A stretch of 63,714 bases of DNA, filler included, from Octopus bimaculoides (taxonomy: Eukaryota), in NCBI RefSeq assembly GCF_001194135.2. It is 4 parts of 4 records of this genome, joined end to end, with 100 filler letters (N's around TTAATTAATTAA, not from the genome) between each part and the next. Parts side by side here need not be neighbours in the genome. Positions count along the whole stretch, not along the records: positions 1 to 20,079 come from NC_068981.1; 3 more parts are not named here. The stretch is one strand, 5' to 3'. Positions 1 through 12,150 of this stretch are shown here, one piece after another; positions within the stretch are counted from its first letter, which is position 1; every line of letters begins with the position of its first letter. The notes beneath the pieces are model-generated. The model saw only the letters and a program-made list of their open reading frames with translations. It had not been told where the DNA came from and made no database searches. The position numbers were made by a program, and so were the translations under genes.

Positions 1-402
1 AAAAAAAAAAATGCTTTCTAATTGATGTATCAATACCAACAGATGACAACGTTTCCCTAAAAGAAATGGAGAAACCTTCAAAATACAAAGACCTGGAAAT
101 AGAGGTAACTCGAAGTGGAATCTAAAAACAGAAACAATTCCTATCATAGTAGGTGCCTTAGGTATAATAAAAAAATATTCAGACAAATACATAACAAAAA
201 CACCAGGACTTACAAATATATATAACATACAGAAAATTGCACTACTGGGTACTGCACACATTCTACGCAAAACACTTTCAATACAGTAAACATAAGAGCA
301 CCACAGCAAACCACAGCACATACCCAAGGCACACAGAGCTGCGCTCAGTAGTGAAGTGAAAGCACGTTATAAAAATAAAACTACTGAACAATAATAATAA
401 TA
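1..402 (+). mobile_element. 3' end of R4/Dong-type non-LTR retrotransposon (RLE domain C-terminus, frameshifted) with 3' UTR and (AAT)n tail
   Basis: Manual translation gives KKCFLIDVSIPTDDNVSLKEMEKPSKYKDLEIEVTR, then after a frameshift WNLKTETIPIIVGALGIIKK...IQKIALLGTAHILRKTLSIQ* (stop 287-289). These are the D..P.D...KE.EK..KY.DL, PI.VGALG and LLGTA.ILR motifs of restriction-like-endonuclease LINEs. Confidence 0.9.
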
Positions 403-734
403 GAACTTTCAAAGCTGCAAAATTTGCTCATAAGTTTGTTCCGTCAAGACTAATCTGAGCCTAAACAACAACAACAATGACAAAACTAAAACTAGCAAAG
501 AAAGTCATTAATTGTTAGCACAATCATTTAATAGCCATAGCAGTTATGTTAATAGCAGAAAGATAATACTGAAATAACACATCCTAGTAGCACAGGAAAA
601 ATATTTCCTGAAACCAAAGCTGTGTTAAGAACAAAGCAATTTATAAAATTGTCAATGATGACACCATTAATGGGACTCAATAAATGTTATAAAAAAAAAA
701 TTGCAGTAATAACAAATGCAATCTCCTGCAAAAA

Positions 735-870
735 CATGTCTGGCCATGGGAAAATATCACCTTGCTTCAAAACTGCAGAAGGTTAATGAGAGAAACCAAT
801 TCTGTCTGACCATGCCATGCAAACATCTATAGAAAAGTGGATGCTAGAAATGATAATGATGATGATGATG
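735..870 (+). mobile_element. Diverged RTE-tail SINE (variant of family D)
   Basis: Ends in ccatgcaaacatctatagaaaagtggatgctagaa followed by (GAT)n, similar to the family D 3' end. Related diverged copies at ~1800-1990 (-) and ~2215-2390 (+). Confidence 0.6.
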
Positions 871-894
871 TTAGAATAATGGTACTCTACTACG

Positions 895-955
895 GCGCTC
901 CGTCGGTTGCAACGACAAGGGATTCCAATTGATCCAATCAATGGAACAGCCTAGT
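895..955 (-). mobile_element. 3' fragment of SINE family E
   Basis: Reverse complement ggctgttccattgattggatcaattggaatcccttgtcgttgcaaccgacggagcgcc matches the 3' end of the copy at 45002-45386. Confidence 0.75.
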
Positions 956-1036
956 ACTTACCAGTGGCTCATATTTCTATGCTGTGTACACTAAATGAGA
1001 TACACACACACACACACACACATGCACATATATATG

Positions 1037-1306
1037 CCATCATCATCATTATCGTTTAATGTCCGTTTCCATGCTGGCATGGGTTGGATGGTTCGACTGG
1101 GGTCTGGGAAACCAGGAGGCTGAACCAGGCTCCAGTCTGATCTGGCAGAGTTTCTACAGCTGGATGCCCTTCCTAACACCAACCACTCCGAGAGTGTAGT
1201 GGGTGCTTTTCACATGCCACTGGCACAGGGGCCAGAGGAGGCTGGCAACAGCCACGATCGGTTGGTGCTTTTTACATGTCACCGGCATGGGTATCACAAC
1301 TACAAT
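1037..1306 (-). mobile_element. SINE family D (cacgtaaaaagcacc modules, ggcgttaggaagggcatccagc block, (GAT)n tail)
   Basis: High similarity to copies at 2735-3016 (+), 5274-5635 (-) and 17103-17262 (+). The 3' end aacccatgccagcatggaaa.cggacgttaaacgat(gat)n resembles an RTE LINE tail (inference). Confidence 0.85.
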
Positions 1307-2504
1307 TTATATATATATATATATATATACATACATATATATATATATTTATATATGTGTGTATGTATGTATGTATGTGTATACACATATGCGTATATAT
1401 GTAGAGTGAGGTCAATTCATCAGCTACGCCCCTCCTTAACAAAAGCTACTTTTAAGTTTGTTTAGTAAAATTAATCAATGCAATTAACATTTATTATTTG
1501 ATCAGAACTGACCTAAGTCTGTGTAACCATAGCAACAAAAAGCAATAATGGTAAAAAAAAAAATTTAAAAAAAAATTTTTTAAATCCACAAATCTGGGCC
1601 ATTTATGATCAATCAATCAATCAATCGCTGAAAGACGAGAATGGAACATGTAAAGCAAAATCTGAATTTAAAGGAAGAATATCCTTGCCCTCATCATCAT
1701 CACCATCATCCTCATTAACATCGTCATTGTCGTTGTCCTTATTATCATCATCATCATCATCATCATCATCAACAACAACATCATCAACATCAGCATCATC
1801 ATTGTCTTAATGTCCATTTTTCCCAGCCTGCATATTTACAGAGGCAGACTTTTACAGCTGGGTGCCCTCCCTGTTGTGAACCCCTGTTTGATTCCAAGCA
1901 AGGTAATACCCCCCACCCCATCACAAGACATATTGTAAAGGAACGACACTGCTTGTATGACAGCGATGCTCATTTACGACTATCATGCAGGCCTTTTGTC
2001 ACCACCTTCAATTCCTCCTTCCACCCTTACATAATACAGGGACGTCATGTATTTGTTGTAAGACTCCTGTGCCTGTCCCCTCTATCATAGTTTAGCCTAT
2101 GAAAGCCTGACATAAAGCCACCTTCCTCACTACTTGTTCACCACACAATCAAAGGAACCTTTGTCGCTTTGTCTTGTGAGTTACTCAGTGACTTCACTGA
2201 TGCCTGTGTCACAAATAAAGGCATCCAGTCCACTTGGTACTGTGGTTGGTGCAATGAACAGTGAGCATCCAACCGTGGAAATCACACCAAAGCAGACACT
2301 GGAGCATGATGTAGTTCTTGGGCCTATCGGATTCTGTCCAAAAATTTTACCCATATCAGCATTGTAGATGGATGCTAAATGATGATGATGATGGTGGTGG
2401 TGGTGGTGATGGTCGTGGTGGTGGTGGTGGTGATGGTCGTGGTGGTGGTGGTGATGATAATGATGATGACAATCATGATGATATTGATGGCATCCAATGG
2501 GCTT

Positions 2505-2650
2505 CTTTCAGTCTCCACCAAGCCCACTCACAAGTCTTCAAATGAACCTCAGTCTTTAGTAGATAAAAGACACTTGTCTAAACTGCCACACGGTGGGACT
2601 GAACCTGAAACCATGAGGCTGGGACGCAAGTCTCTTAACCACACAGCCAT
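2505..2650 (-). mobile_element. SINE family B (tRNA-derived head plus CORE-like accttgggcaagtgtc block)
   Basis: Reverse complement of the ggctgtgtggtaag...gttcagtcccac...gggcaagtgtctt...gaaagaagccc consensus seen in more than 10 copies in this window. Confidence 0.8.
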
Positions 2651-2734
2651 TCTTAATAACTGAAAGTGTGTTGTAAACGAAAACTCGAAATACATGTCAA
2701 GGTTGCATATTTGACTAGCAGAATCTATAAATGG

Positions 2735-3016
2735 AACGTGACTGACTGGCTCCCCGTGCCAGTGGCATGTAAAAAGCACCATCCAAACGTGGTCGATGCC
2801 AGCCTCCTCGTTCCGTCTAGCTCTTGTGCCAGTGGCACGTAAAAAGCACCCACTGCACTCCCAGAGTGGTTAGCGTTAGGAAGGGGATCCAGATGTAGAA
2901 ACACTGCCAGATCAGATTGGAGCCTGGGGCAGCCTCCTGGCTTCCCAGATCCCAGTTGAACCGTCCAACCCATGCCAGCATGAAAAACGGACGTTAACCG
3001 ATGATGGTGATGATGA
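2735..3016 (+). mobile_element. SINE family D
   Basis: Two cacgt/catgt-aaaaagcacc modules, gcgttaggaagggg block, tail ccaacccatgccagcatgaaaaacggacgttaaccgatgatg. Confidence 0.85.
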
Positions 3017-3065
3017 TTGCATCCCTAACATCCCTTATTGTTCATATAATATTTTACCTATCCTT

Positions 3066-3497
3066 AAGGGCAGTGAGCTGGCAGAATCGTTAGCACTCCG
3101 GGCGAAATGCCTAGTAGTATTTCGTCTGCCGTTACGTTCTGAGTTCAAAATCCGCCGAGGTCGACTTTACCTTTCATCCTTTCGGGGTCGATGATTTAAG
3201 TACCAGTTACACACTGGAGCTGATGTAATTGACTTAATCCCTTTGTCCCCTCTGTGTTTATCCCCTGTGGGCAATAAAGAAATAAATAAAGACCAAAAGT
3301 GGGCCTTTCATCCTTTCGGGGTCAATTAATAAGTACCAGTTATGCGCTGGAGTCGATTAATAAGTACCAGTCATGCACTGGGGTCAGTTAATAAGTACTA
3401 GTTATGCAATGGGGTCGATGTAATCGACTTAATCTCTTTGTCTGTCCTTGTTTATCCCTTCTATGTTTAGCCCTCAGTGGGTAATAAAGAAATAAAT
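3066..3497 (+). mobile_element. SINE family A (tRNA-derived) followed by a second partial copy with an internal ~33-bp triplication
   Basis: A-box-like tggcagaatcgttag, B-box-like gagttcaaaatcc, central gtcgactttacctttcatcctttcggggtcgat, tail gtgggcaataaagaaataa. Confidence 0.9.
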
Positions 3498-3663
3498 ATT
3501 TTACCTATCTGGTGGAGGGTGAACGAAAAAGTAGATTTCCTTGTTTGTTTGAGGTTAATTACATTGATTAATTAAATAAACAAACACAAGAGTAACTGCT
3601 GGTGGGAAGCATAGTCGATTGAAATGGTTTAAGTACATGCTTACATGTCATGTGTGTGTGTGG

Positions 3664-3748
<85 letters not shown>

Positions 3749-3812
3749 ATTTTTAAGTTGTGGTTAATTGCTTGTGCCATGCAACATTTTGATATAATTA
3801 AAATATATATAT

Positions 3813-3874
<62 letters not shown>

Positions 3875-3875
<1 letters not shown>

Positions 3876-4335
3876 AGGGTGTTCAGGCTAAGTTTTGGAG
3901 TCTTTACGTCTCCTTTTGCAGGAACAAGTCAATGTATTGTTGAACTGTCAATGGCATTGGAGAGCATAAGGATTAAGGCTGCAGTCAACATAATGACGAC
4001 GACTGCTCAATGCTTTGTGGACACTGGAAAGGCTGTAAACATGGACAGCTGCCACAGAGACTACTACAAAGCCATGGCCAGCAGAAGGAAGGGACACAGC
4101 AGGCGCTCTGACTGCGTCCACATGCTGGAATTCATCCAGATACTTTTGAACAGGGCCTTGGGCTCAATTCAGACAGATATGTGGACCTGCTGGGGATTGT
4201 GGGGAGATTCTATCTGGAGATGGTTACTGCTGGAAGGCCAAATGTGGCAGCAGGATTCAGTTCATTGCTTGACCAAAGAAAAGTCTTTCAGAATTCTCTG
4301 AAATGGTTTCTTGCTTGAAGTGGAGTCTGGGAGTC
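3875..4335 (+). mobile_element. Internally deleted, decayed Tc1/mariner (maT/DD37D-like) transposon
   Basis: Starts TA|CAGGGTG. Translation contains SRRKGHSRRSDCVHMLEFIQ and, across frameshifts, NSDRYVDLL...VTAGRP(NV)WQQDS, matching the GRPYVWQQDSAP catalytic-domain motif of maT-type transposases. No right TIR seen. Confidence 0.75.
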
Positions 4336-4519
4336 AGAATAAAATGTAACGATGAACTCAGAGGGATTTGAACTTGGAGCATAAAGTGTCAGAATAAAAA
4401 CCACAACACTAACGATTCTACTAACCCGTTAACCAAATTTCTAATGGTGGTTGAATTATGAATCAGTTTTGTAATTAGAGCCAGTGTTTTTAAGCACTGA
4501 CCACACTGTATTTTCTGTG

Positions 4520-4990
4520 ATATTTGCAGAGATTTGTTGGAATTCTTTCAGGAGAGAAAACATCAAATCATTCAAACTTACAAAAAGGACAAAAATTGAA
4601 AGATGTTTTGGTGGAACATCTAAATACTTTTAATACAAGAAACTCGCAAAACAAGCAGAATTTTTCTCATCAATTCACAGACACTCTTCATGTTATTGCT
4701 TAAGGAACTATTAATGTCGAAGCAAGAATCATATTGGTACTGAGAAGCTTTCTAACAACTCAAACAGCAGCAAAAACATCGTTTTTTTCTATAGAATTTC
4801 TCACTTTATCAAGATTCTCATTGAAAGAGGAATTAAAGTTATTGAATGCGATTTTAATGTCCTCAGAGCCACAGTAAATATATTGATTGCTGAATCTGTT
4901 AAAAATGTCTTTTAGTGAAACTGAAAAGATTTCTCTTTAGTTAATATCCGCAGAGTAGTTTGATGTCGTCAAGTAATAATTGGCTCTCGT
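4520..4990 (+). mobile_element. Heavily decayed hAT-Charlie-like transposase fragment
   Basis: Frameshifted translation RDLLEFFQERKH...KLKDVLVEHLNTFN..SQNKQ...FTDTLH resembles the R.EI..FL..KH...KL..L.DIF..LN.LN..LQG segment downstream of RWLSRG in Charlie/SPIN transposases. Aligned by eye. Confidence 0.5.
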
Positions 4991-5019
4991 GAACCAAATT
5001 AATTTTGCTATCATTGATA

Positions 5020-5180
5020 TGCATGGCTGTGTGGGAAGAAGACTGCTTCACAATCAAGTGGTCTTGGGTTCAGTTCCACTGTGTTGCACCTTGGATAAGT
5101 GTCTTGTACTCAAGCTTCGGGCCAACTAAGCCTTGTGAGTGGATTTCATAGATGGAAACTGGAAAAAAGCCCATTGTATG
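5020..5180 (+). mobile_element. SINE family B
   Basis: ggctgtgtgggaag...gggttcagttccactgtgttgcaccttggataagtgtcttg...gaaactggaaaaaagccc. Confidence 0.85.
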
Positions 5181-5186
5181 TATGTA

Positions 5187-5253
<67 letters not shown>

Positions 5254-5273
5254 ACACACACACACACATATAT

Positions 5274-5635
5274 CATCATCATCATCGTCGTCGTTGTCGT
5301 CGTTTAACGTCCACTTTCCATGCTGGCATGGGTCGGACGGTTTGACTGAGGTCTGGACAGCCAGAAGGCTGCACCAGGCTCCAATCTGATCTGGCAGAGT
5401 TTCTACAGCTAGATGCCCTTCCTAACGCCAACCACTCTGGGAGTATAGTGGGTACTTTTACGTGCCACTGGCACCAGGGCCGATCAGGCGGTACTGGCAA
5501 CGACCATGCTCAGATGGTGCTTTTTACTTTCCACCGGCACAGGAGTCAGTCAGCGGCCCTGGCAACAATCACACTTGGATGGTGCTTCTAACGTTCCACT
5601 GGCACGGGAGCCAATCAGGCAGTACTGTCATCAGC
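5274..5635 (-). mobile_element. SINE family D, near full length
   Basis: (ATC)n/(GTC)n tail, RTE-like end, three ggtgct(t)tt.acgt modules; the 5' end abuts (TA)n. Confidence 0.9.
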
Positions 5636-5816
5636 TACATATATATATATTTAGCAGAGTTAATAGGGTGACTCAAAGTCTGAGAGTTTCATGCATTACC
5701 ACTTATCAAACCCGTATATATCTATGTAGGTATGTATGTATGTATGTAAACCAATATTTGTATATATATATATATGTGTGTGTGTATGTGTTTGTGTGTG
5801 TGTGCGTGCATGCATG

Positions 5817-5849
<33 letters not shown>

Positions 5850-6099
5850 CCTTGTCTTGCTATCATGAGGTGGTTGTAAATGAGCATCACTGTCATACAA
5901 GCAATGAAAAATATGTCTTTAAAAAAAAAAGGGACATATTGATTCGTTCAACTGAAAATTCTTCAAAGCAGTGCTCCAGCATGGCCGCAGTCTAATGACT
6001 GAAACAAGTAAAAGATAAGAAGAGTTGATAAGTTATCAGCTGTTCCATAAAGGAATCAATTATATAAGAACTTTGCTGACCCCTGATCTAAATCTTCTT

Positions 6100-6260
6100 A
6101 GAACCCCTACATTCTTTATCCATGTCTCACTGCCATACAATATACCAATCTTTAGTCATGCTTCAGAAAACCTCTCTTTTTCCTTTGTTGTCATTGGAAA
6201 CAATACCTTTTTGTATCTCATTCACCCATTCCTTATCACAACATACACCTGCCAAATAAG
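6100..6260 (-). mobile_element. Decayed RTE-clade LINE fragment
   Basis: Minus-strand translation includes ILYGSETW, the LYGSETW hallmark downstream of the RTE reverse transcriptase. Confidence 0.6.
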
Positions 6261-6895
6261 CAACGCCTTCTTCCACCCCTTCCACACCTTTTTTTTACTA
6301 AAGCTTCTGAACAATCACAGTATACACTTCCAACTTTAATTCAGTTACCTAGGTAACAGAGACTACCAACTGCTTTGTTTGAACCAACTGAGCAGTAAGT
6401 GAACTTTACACAATAGACTCACCTCCTGCTATTTCAGGTTCGGTGTATTTTTCTTGTCTGAAATTCTGATCATCAATTAGTCACAATTACATCACTGTTT
6501 CATGTGATAATTGCTTATACTGAGTAAGTACACAATACAAGTTTCTTATCTGCTTCCTACTTTCATATGAAGCAAACACTTTAAACAAGACCAGGATATT
6601 ACTCTCCCCGACTGCTACTAATTAGTTACTCAATTTTGTCAATGTCATATCGGCCTTTATGGATGATCTACCATATATGGTGATGTAAATTTGTTGAAGA
6701 GCTACAGAAACCATCCAAACACACACACACACATACATGTGACTTTCAGATAGACCTTATTTTTATATATCTGAGCTGTTCTATATGTATGTTTTGTGTC
6801 ATTCACATCTACAGAGGTTATGTATATTATTAGCATATACACATTTCAAAATGTTGAGCACTTATGTTCATGTGTATTTGTATAATGTTTGTGCA

Positions 6896-6927
<32 letters not shown>

Positions 6928-7324
6928 GATAGATATATAGATAGATAGTCACTATGAGGATATATAAATCTCTTATAGAGATGGTCCCATCCAAGTTACA
7001 CAGGTTTAATATATTATATTGTGAAGAGATATTTCTTCAATAAATATATTATAAATATCAAATATTAAGTAAGAAAATGGAGATATTTAATGGATGTAAA
7101 TTAATTTATTAATTAATTAACATTGCCTACAATCGTTTCAATTCACACTCAATGCAAATTACAAAATATATAATAAAATAAGTTTGCATTTTGCAAAGTG
7201 AGCAAAATATCACGAGGGCAAAAGGACATCAAGGAAGTTTCATCTTTTATCGGTTCAAATACACCAACAGACTAAGATGAAGTGTGTTTAGTTATTTGTG
7301 TTTCTGCGTGCATTTATTTTTATT

Positions 7325-7549
7325 TTTCATACTCTTTTACTCTTTTACTTGTTTTGGTCATTTGACTGCGGTCATGCTGGAGCACCACCTTTAGTTGAAT
7401 AAATCGACCCCCAGGACTTATTCTTTGTAAGCCTAGTACTTATTCTATCAGTCTCTTTTTGCCAAACCGCTAAGTGACGGGGGTGTAAACACACCAACAT
7501 CGGTTGTCAAGCGATGGTGGGGGAACAAACACAGACACAAACAACCAAC

Positions 7550-7586
<37 letters not shown>

Positions 7587-8105
7587 NNNNNNNNNNNNNN
7601 NNNNNNNNNNNNNNNNNNNNNNNNNNNNNNNNNNNNNNNNNNNNNNNNNNNNNNNNNNNNNNNNNNNNNNNNNNNNNNNNNNNNNNNNNNNNNNNNNNNN
7701 NNNNNNNNNNNNNNNNNNNNNNNNNNNNNNNNNNNNNNNNNNNNNNNNNNNNNNNNNNNNNNNNNNNNNNNNNNNNNNNNNNNNNNNNNNNNNNNAACGC
7801 CAACCACTCAGAGAGTGTAGTGGGTGCTTTTACGTGTCACCCGCACGAAAACGGCCACGCTCGAAATGGTGTCTTTTATGTGATATATATATATATATAT
7901 ATAGATATAGATATATATATGCATATATATATATATATATATATATATGACGGGCTTCTTTCAGTTTCCGTCTACCAAATCCACTCACAAGGCTTTGGTC
8001 GGCCCGAGGCTATAGTAGAAGACACTTGCCCAAGGTGCCACACAGTGGGACTGAACCCGGAACCATGTGGTTGGGAAGCAAGCTTCTTACCACACAGCCA
8101 CCCCT
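7325..8105 (-). mobile_element. Composite SINE B-(TA)n-C containing a family D fragment, interrupted by a gap
   Basis: B head 8105-7950, (TA)n, D fragment 7880-7796, N gap, (TA)n, C module 7560-7325 ending in (gagtaaaa)n. Confidence 0.85.
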
Positions 8106-8433
8106 GTGCCTATATTTTAATATTTTTATGTACTTCATTTTATTATTATTTTTGAATAAAGATATTACTGCACACACACACACACACACACAAATAATTA
8201 AACACACTTCATCTACTTAGCCTGTTGGAATATCTAAACCAATACACATGAAACTTCTTTAATGTCCTTTTGGCCTCATGATATTTTGCAAAATGCAAAA
8301 TTATTTTATTATATATGTTTTGTAATTTATATTGAGTGTGAATTGAAGCAATTGTAGGCAATGTTAATTAATTAATAAATTAAATTATATCCATTAATTC
8401 TCTCCATTTTCTTACTTAATAATATTATATATA

Positions 8434-8560
8434 CAGGGTGTCCACAAAGTCTGGGTACATGGGAATTAACATAAACTTTAAGAAATTATTATTTCTTATA
8501 TTTAGTTGTTTATGTTATGATTTTATTTACTCCATGTGCCCAGTCTTTGTGGACACCCTG
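8434..8560. mobile_element. 127-bp Tc1/mariner-type MITE
   Basis: 29-bp TIRs CAGGGTGTCCACAAAG(T/A)CTGGG(T/C)ACATGG with 2 mismatches, TA on both sides. Confidence 0.9.
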
Positions 8561-8637
8561 TATATAAAGATAGATAGATAGAAAGATAGATAGATACTTA
8601 GATACAAACATGCATACACACATTTATATACATATAT

Positions 8638-8720
<83 letters not shown>

Positions 8721-9194
8721 CATACATACATGCATACACACACACATATATATAGGCATATATATAGGCATATATATAGGCATATTTATATATACATTTA
8801 CACACATACACGCATGGATGTGCACATCTCTGTAATTACATACATAATGATTATTCTATATAGAGAAGGTAAATGCTAAGTTACAAAGAACAACAATGGT
8901 GTCTATAAATAGGTGTTTTTGTAGCTTGTAGCAAAGTCAATAATCGATGCCTCTTCCATAGATAATGGCATTGCTTAAATTTCACTGACACTTGGCTGAT
9001 ATTTGACACAGTAAGACTTCTTCAATGCTTTACAGAACGCTACAACTGCTCAGAGACACGGCTTCAATGGTGGTTTATTAGAGGGAAATGCTATTGTGTT
9101 TAGCGGTGATGGCCATTAGATGAGGGAAGGAGGGAGAGAGTGTAAGAGCTGAAATGGAATCACTGGCAGACTGTCTGAGAATGTAAGCATCATA

Positions 9195-9365
9195 TAGGCA
9201 CAGTAGTGGCTTGTATGGTAAGAAGTTTGCTTCCTAACCACATGCTTCCGGGTTCAGTCTCATTGTTTGACACCTTGTGGGAGTGTCTTCTACTATAGCC
9301 TCAAGCCAATCAAAACCTTGTGAATGAATTTGGTAGATAGAAACTGGGAGAAGCCCATCATGTGT
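9195..9365 (+). mobile_element. SINE family B
   Basis: gtggcttgtatggtaagaagtttgcttcctaaccacatgcttccgggttcagtctca...gaaactgggagaagccc. Confidence 0.85.
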
Positions 9366-10054
9366 GTGCTTCTGTAGAAAACTCTAGTGAACTTCCTCTC
9401 TCTATTATATATACACACATTCGAACATAACAGATAACAGCTAACTTTTGGCCACTGTTTGGACCCTGTTGTGTCCACCACTCTGATTGGTTGCCATTGG
9501 CACAATTAGTCTCTTATTCTATCACACGCCAATACGCAACCCAACCAATCGCAGCCTCCAAATAAATCACGTGAGACAGTCTGTTCTAAATAACATTTGA
9601 GCCTACCATCAGCTATAAAAACTCACCTCTTACTAGTCTGGAGGTCTGTTGGTTTCAGACCTTCTAAGGTCTAACCACTGACCACATTGCAGAGACCTCC
9701 ATCTTTGTCGCCACCACTGATGTCTCTCACCAATGTCGTCAACAACATCTCCACAGCACCAACACACTGCACTGGTTCTAACATATTGCTGCTCGTGAGC
9801 TTTCCTCACCAGGGTTAACAGCTAACATACAACCCACGCAGATGCATGTAGAGATATGAACAAATGTACATCAACCACTTTCATTTGTCATTCAGATTGT
9901 GTTTATACATGTGGCCAGCATTAAAGACATTTAAAGTCACCACCTTGTTCCATGTGTTTCTTTGTATCGTGTTCCTAACAAATGATATTACAGCCTTCTG
10001 AGTGAGTCACATTAGATGGAATCCAACCTATCTTTCTATACTTCTTTTGTATCT

Positions 10055-10260
10055 GTGTTTGTCCCCCACCTCCTCCACCACCTGACAACCAATGTTGGTA
10101 TGTTTAAGTCCACGTAACTTAGTGGGGGAATAAACCTAAGATAAGATAAGTATGTGGCTTAAAAAAAAAATATCCTGGTGTTGATTTATTCAACTACAAT
10201 TCTTCAAGGCAGTGCCCCAGCATGGCCACGGTCTAATGACTGAAACAAGTAAAAGATACA
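10055..10260 (+). mobile_element. SINE module C
   Basis: gtttgtccccc...tgacaaccaatgttggt...gcagtgccccagcatggccacggtctaatgactgaaacaagtaaaag. Further copies at ~5940-6025, 13960-14100 (-), 15325-15430 (-), 27770-27938, 38666-38777, 62145-62360 (-). Confidence 0.8.
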
Positions 10261-10264
10261 CTTG

Positions 10265-10335
10265 AGCCTGTCTGCTAAATATGCAGATGGCTCATTAGGA
10301 TTAGTGGATAGCTTTTGTTACCTAGGAGATGTAAT
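10265..10335 (+). mobile_element. Short RTE LINE reverse-transcriptase fragment
   Basis: Translates to YADGSLGLVDSFCYLGDVI, matching the E.V..F.YLG motif at the RT C-terminus. Confidence 0.6.
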
Positions 10336-10416
10336 TTTTACTGCTGTTGTAGTTATTGTATTTGGTAATGTTAATGTCGTTACTGTTATGATGTTATCAT
10401 TGCTGTTGTTGTTGTT

Positions 10417-11614
10417 AAAGTAGCAAACTGGCAGAGTCGTTAGCAAGCTGGATGGAATGATTAGTGGTATTTCGCCCGTCAATACGTTCTGAGTTCAATT
10501 TCTGCTGAGGTTGACTTTGTCTTTTCATCTTTTCCAGGGTCAATAAATTAAGTACCAGTTGTATACTGGTGTTGATGTAATTAACTAATCCCCTCCCCTA
10601 AAATTTCAGGCCTTGTACCTTTAGTAGAAAGGATTATTATTATTATTATTATCATTATTATTATCATTATTATTATTATTATTAAGGTAGCAAGCTGGCA
10701 GAATTGTTAGCACGCCGGACATAATGCTTAGTGGCATTTTGCCTGTCGCTACATTCTGAGTTCAAATTCCACCAAGGTTGACTTTACCTTTCATCCTTTC
10801 AGGGGTCCATAGATTAAGTACCGGTGAAATACTGGGGTCATTGTTATTGACTGCTCCCCTCCCCCAAAATTTCAGGCCTTGCACTTTTAGTAGAAAGGAT
10901 TATTGTTGTCGTGGTGATGGCATTAGTGACACTGTTAATCCTCCTTTAGCATTTAAACCTCCCATATCCATTCCTGATTTATGTTCAAAGTGGCTAGTTC
11001 TCACCTCTTGAACCTACCCTTCAATGTCGTTTAAAAAAAATTCCCATCACATCATCGGAATCTGAAAGCTATGAGATAATGCAGGATTAATTAAAGACCA
11101 TCTGGGTTAATAAGTAAATCACATTTGACCCAGTTATAGGAATGCAGAGGGGTTGATGTTATTGTTGCCGTGGTGATGTTATTGCTGCTGTGATGATTCA
11201 GTTCCTGTTGATCTTGTGATGATGGTGGTGATGGTGGTGGTGGNNNNNNNNNNNNNNNNNNNNNNNNNNNNNNNNNNNNNNNNNNNNNNNNNNNNNNNNN
11301 NNNNNNNNNNNNNNNNNNNNNNNNNNNNNNNNNNNNNNNNNNNNNNNNNNNNNNNNNNNNNNNNNNNNNNNNNNNNNNNNNNNNNNNNNNNNNNNNNNNN
11401 NNNNNNNNNNNNNNNNNNNNNNNNNNNNNNNNNNNNNNNNNNNNNNNNNNNNNNNNNNNNNNNNNNNNNNNNNNNNNNNNNNNNNNNNNNNNNNNNNNNN
11501 NNNNNNNNNNNNNNNNNNNNNNNNNNNNNNNNNNNNNNNNNNNNNNNNNNNNNNNNNNNNNNNNNNNNNNNNNNNNNNNNNNNNNNNNNNNNNNNNNNNN
11601 NNNNNNTTATCATT

Positions 11615-11672
<58 letters not shown>

Positions 11673-12126
11673 AGGTGGCAGGCTGGCAGAATCGTTAGCA
11701 CGCTGGACAAAATAAATGCTTAAGCAGTATTTTGCCAGTCGCTATGTTCTGAGTTCAAATTCTGCTGAGGTTGACTTTGCCTTTCATCCTACTGGGGTCA
11801 GTAAAAGAAGTACCAGTCGAGCGCTGGGGTCGATGTAATCGACTTAGCCCCTACCCTGAAATTTCAGGCTTTTGTGCCTACAGTAGTTAAGGGTTATTAT
11901 CATCATCATCATCATCATCAAGGCTGCAAGCTGGCAGAAACGTAAGCACGCCGGGCGAAATGCTTAGTGGTATTTTGTCTGTCTTTAGGTTCTGAGTTCA
12001 AATTCTGCCGGGGTCGACTTTGCCTTTCATCCTTACAGGGTCGATAAATTAAGTGCCAGTTCCATACTGGGGTCGATCTAATTGAGTAGCACCCTCTCCC
12101 AAAATTTTGTGCCTAGAGTAGAAAAG
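10417..12126 (+). mobile_element. Cluster of four head-to-tail family A SINEs (10417-10632, 10684-10900, 11672-11890, 11920-12126)
   Basis: Each has the tRNA-like head, central domain and aaatttcaggc..tgt..ct.tagtaga tail, and they are separated by (ATT)n/(ATC)n. Confidence 0.9.
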
Positions 12127-12150
12127 ATTATTATTATTATTATTATTATT

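Noticed and set aside
7146-7290. Possible small MITE with CACAC termini
   Set aside because: The inverted match is too short and there is no clear TSD.
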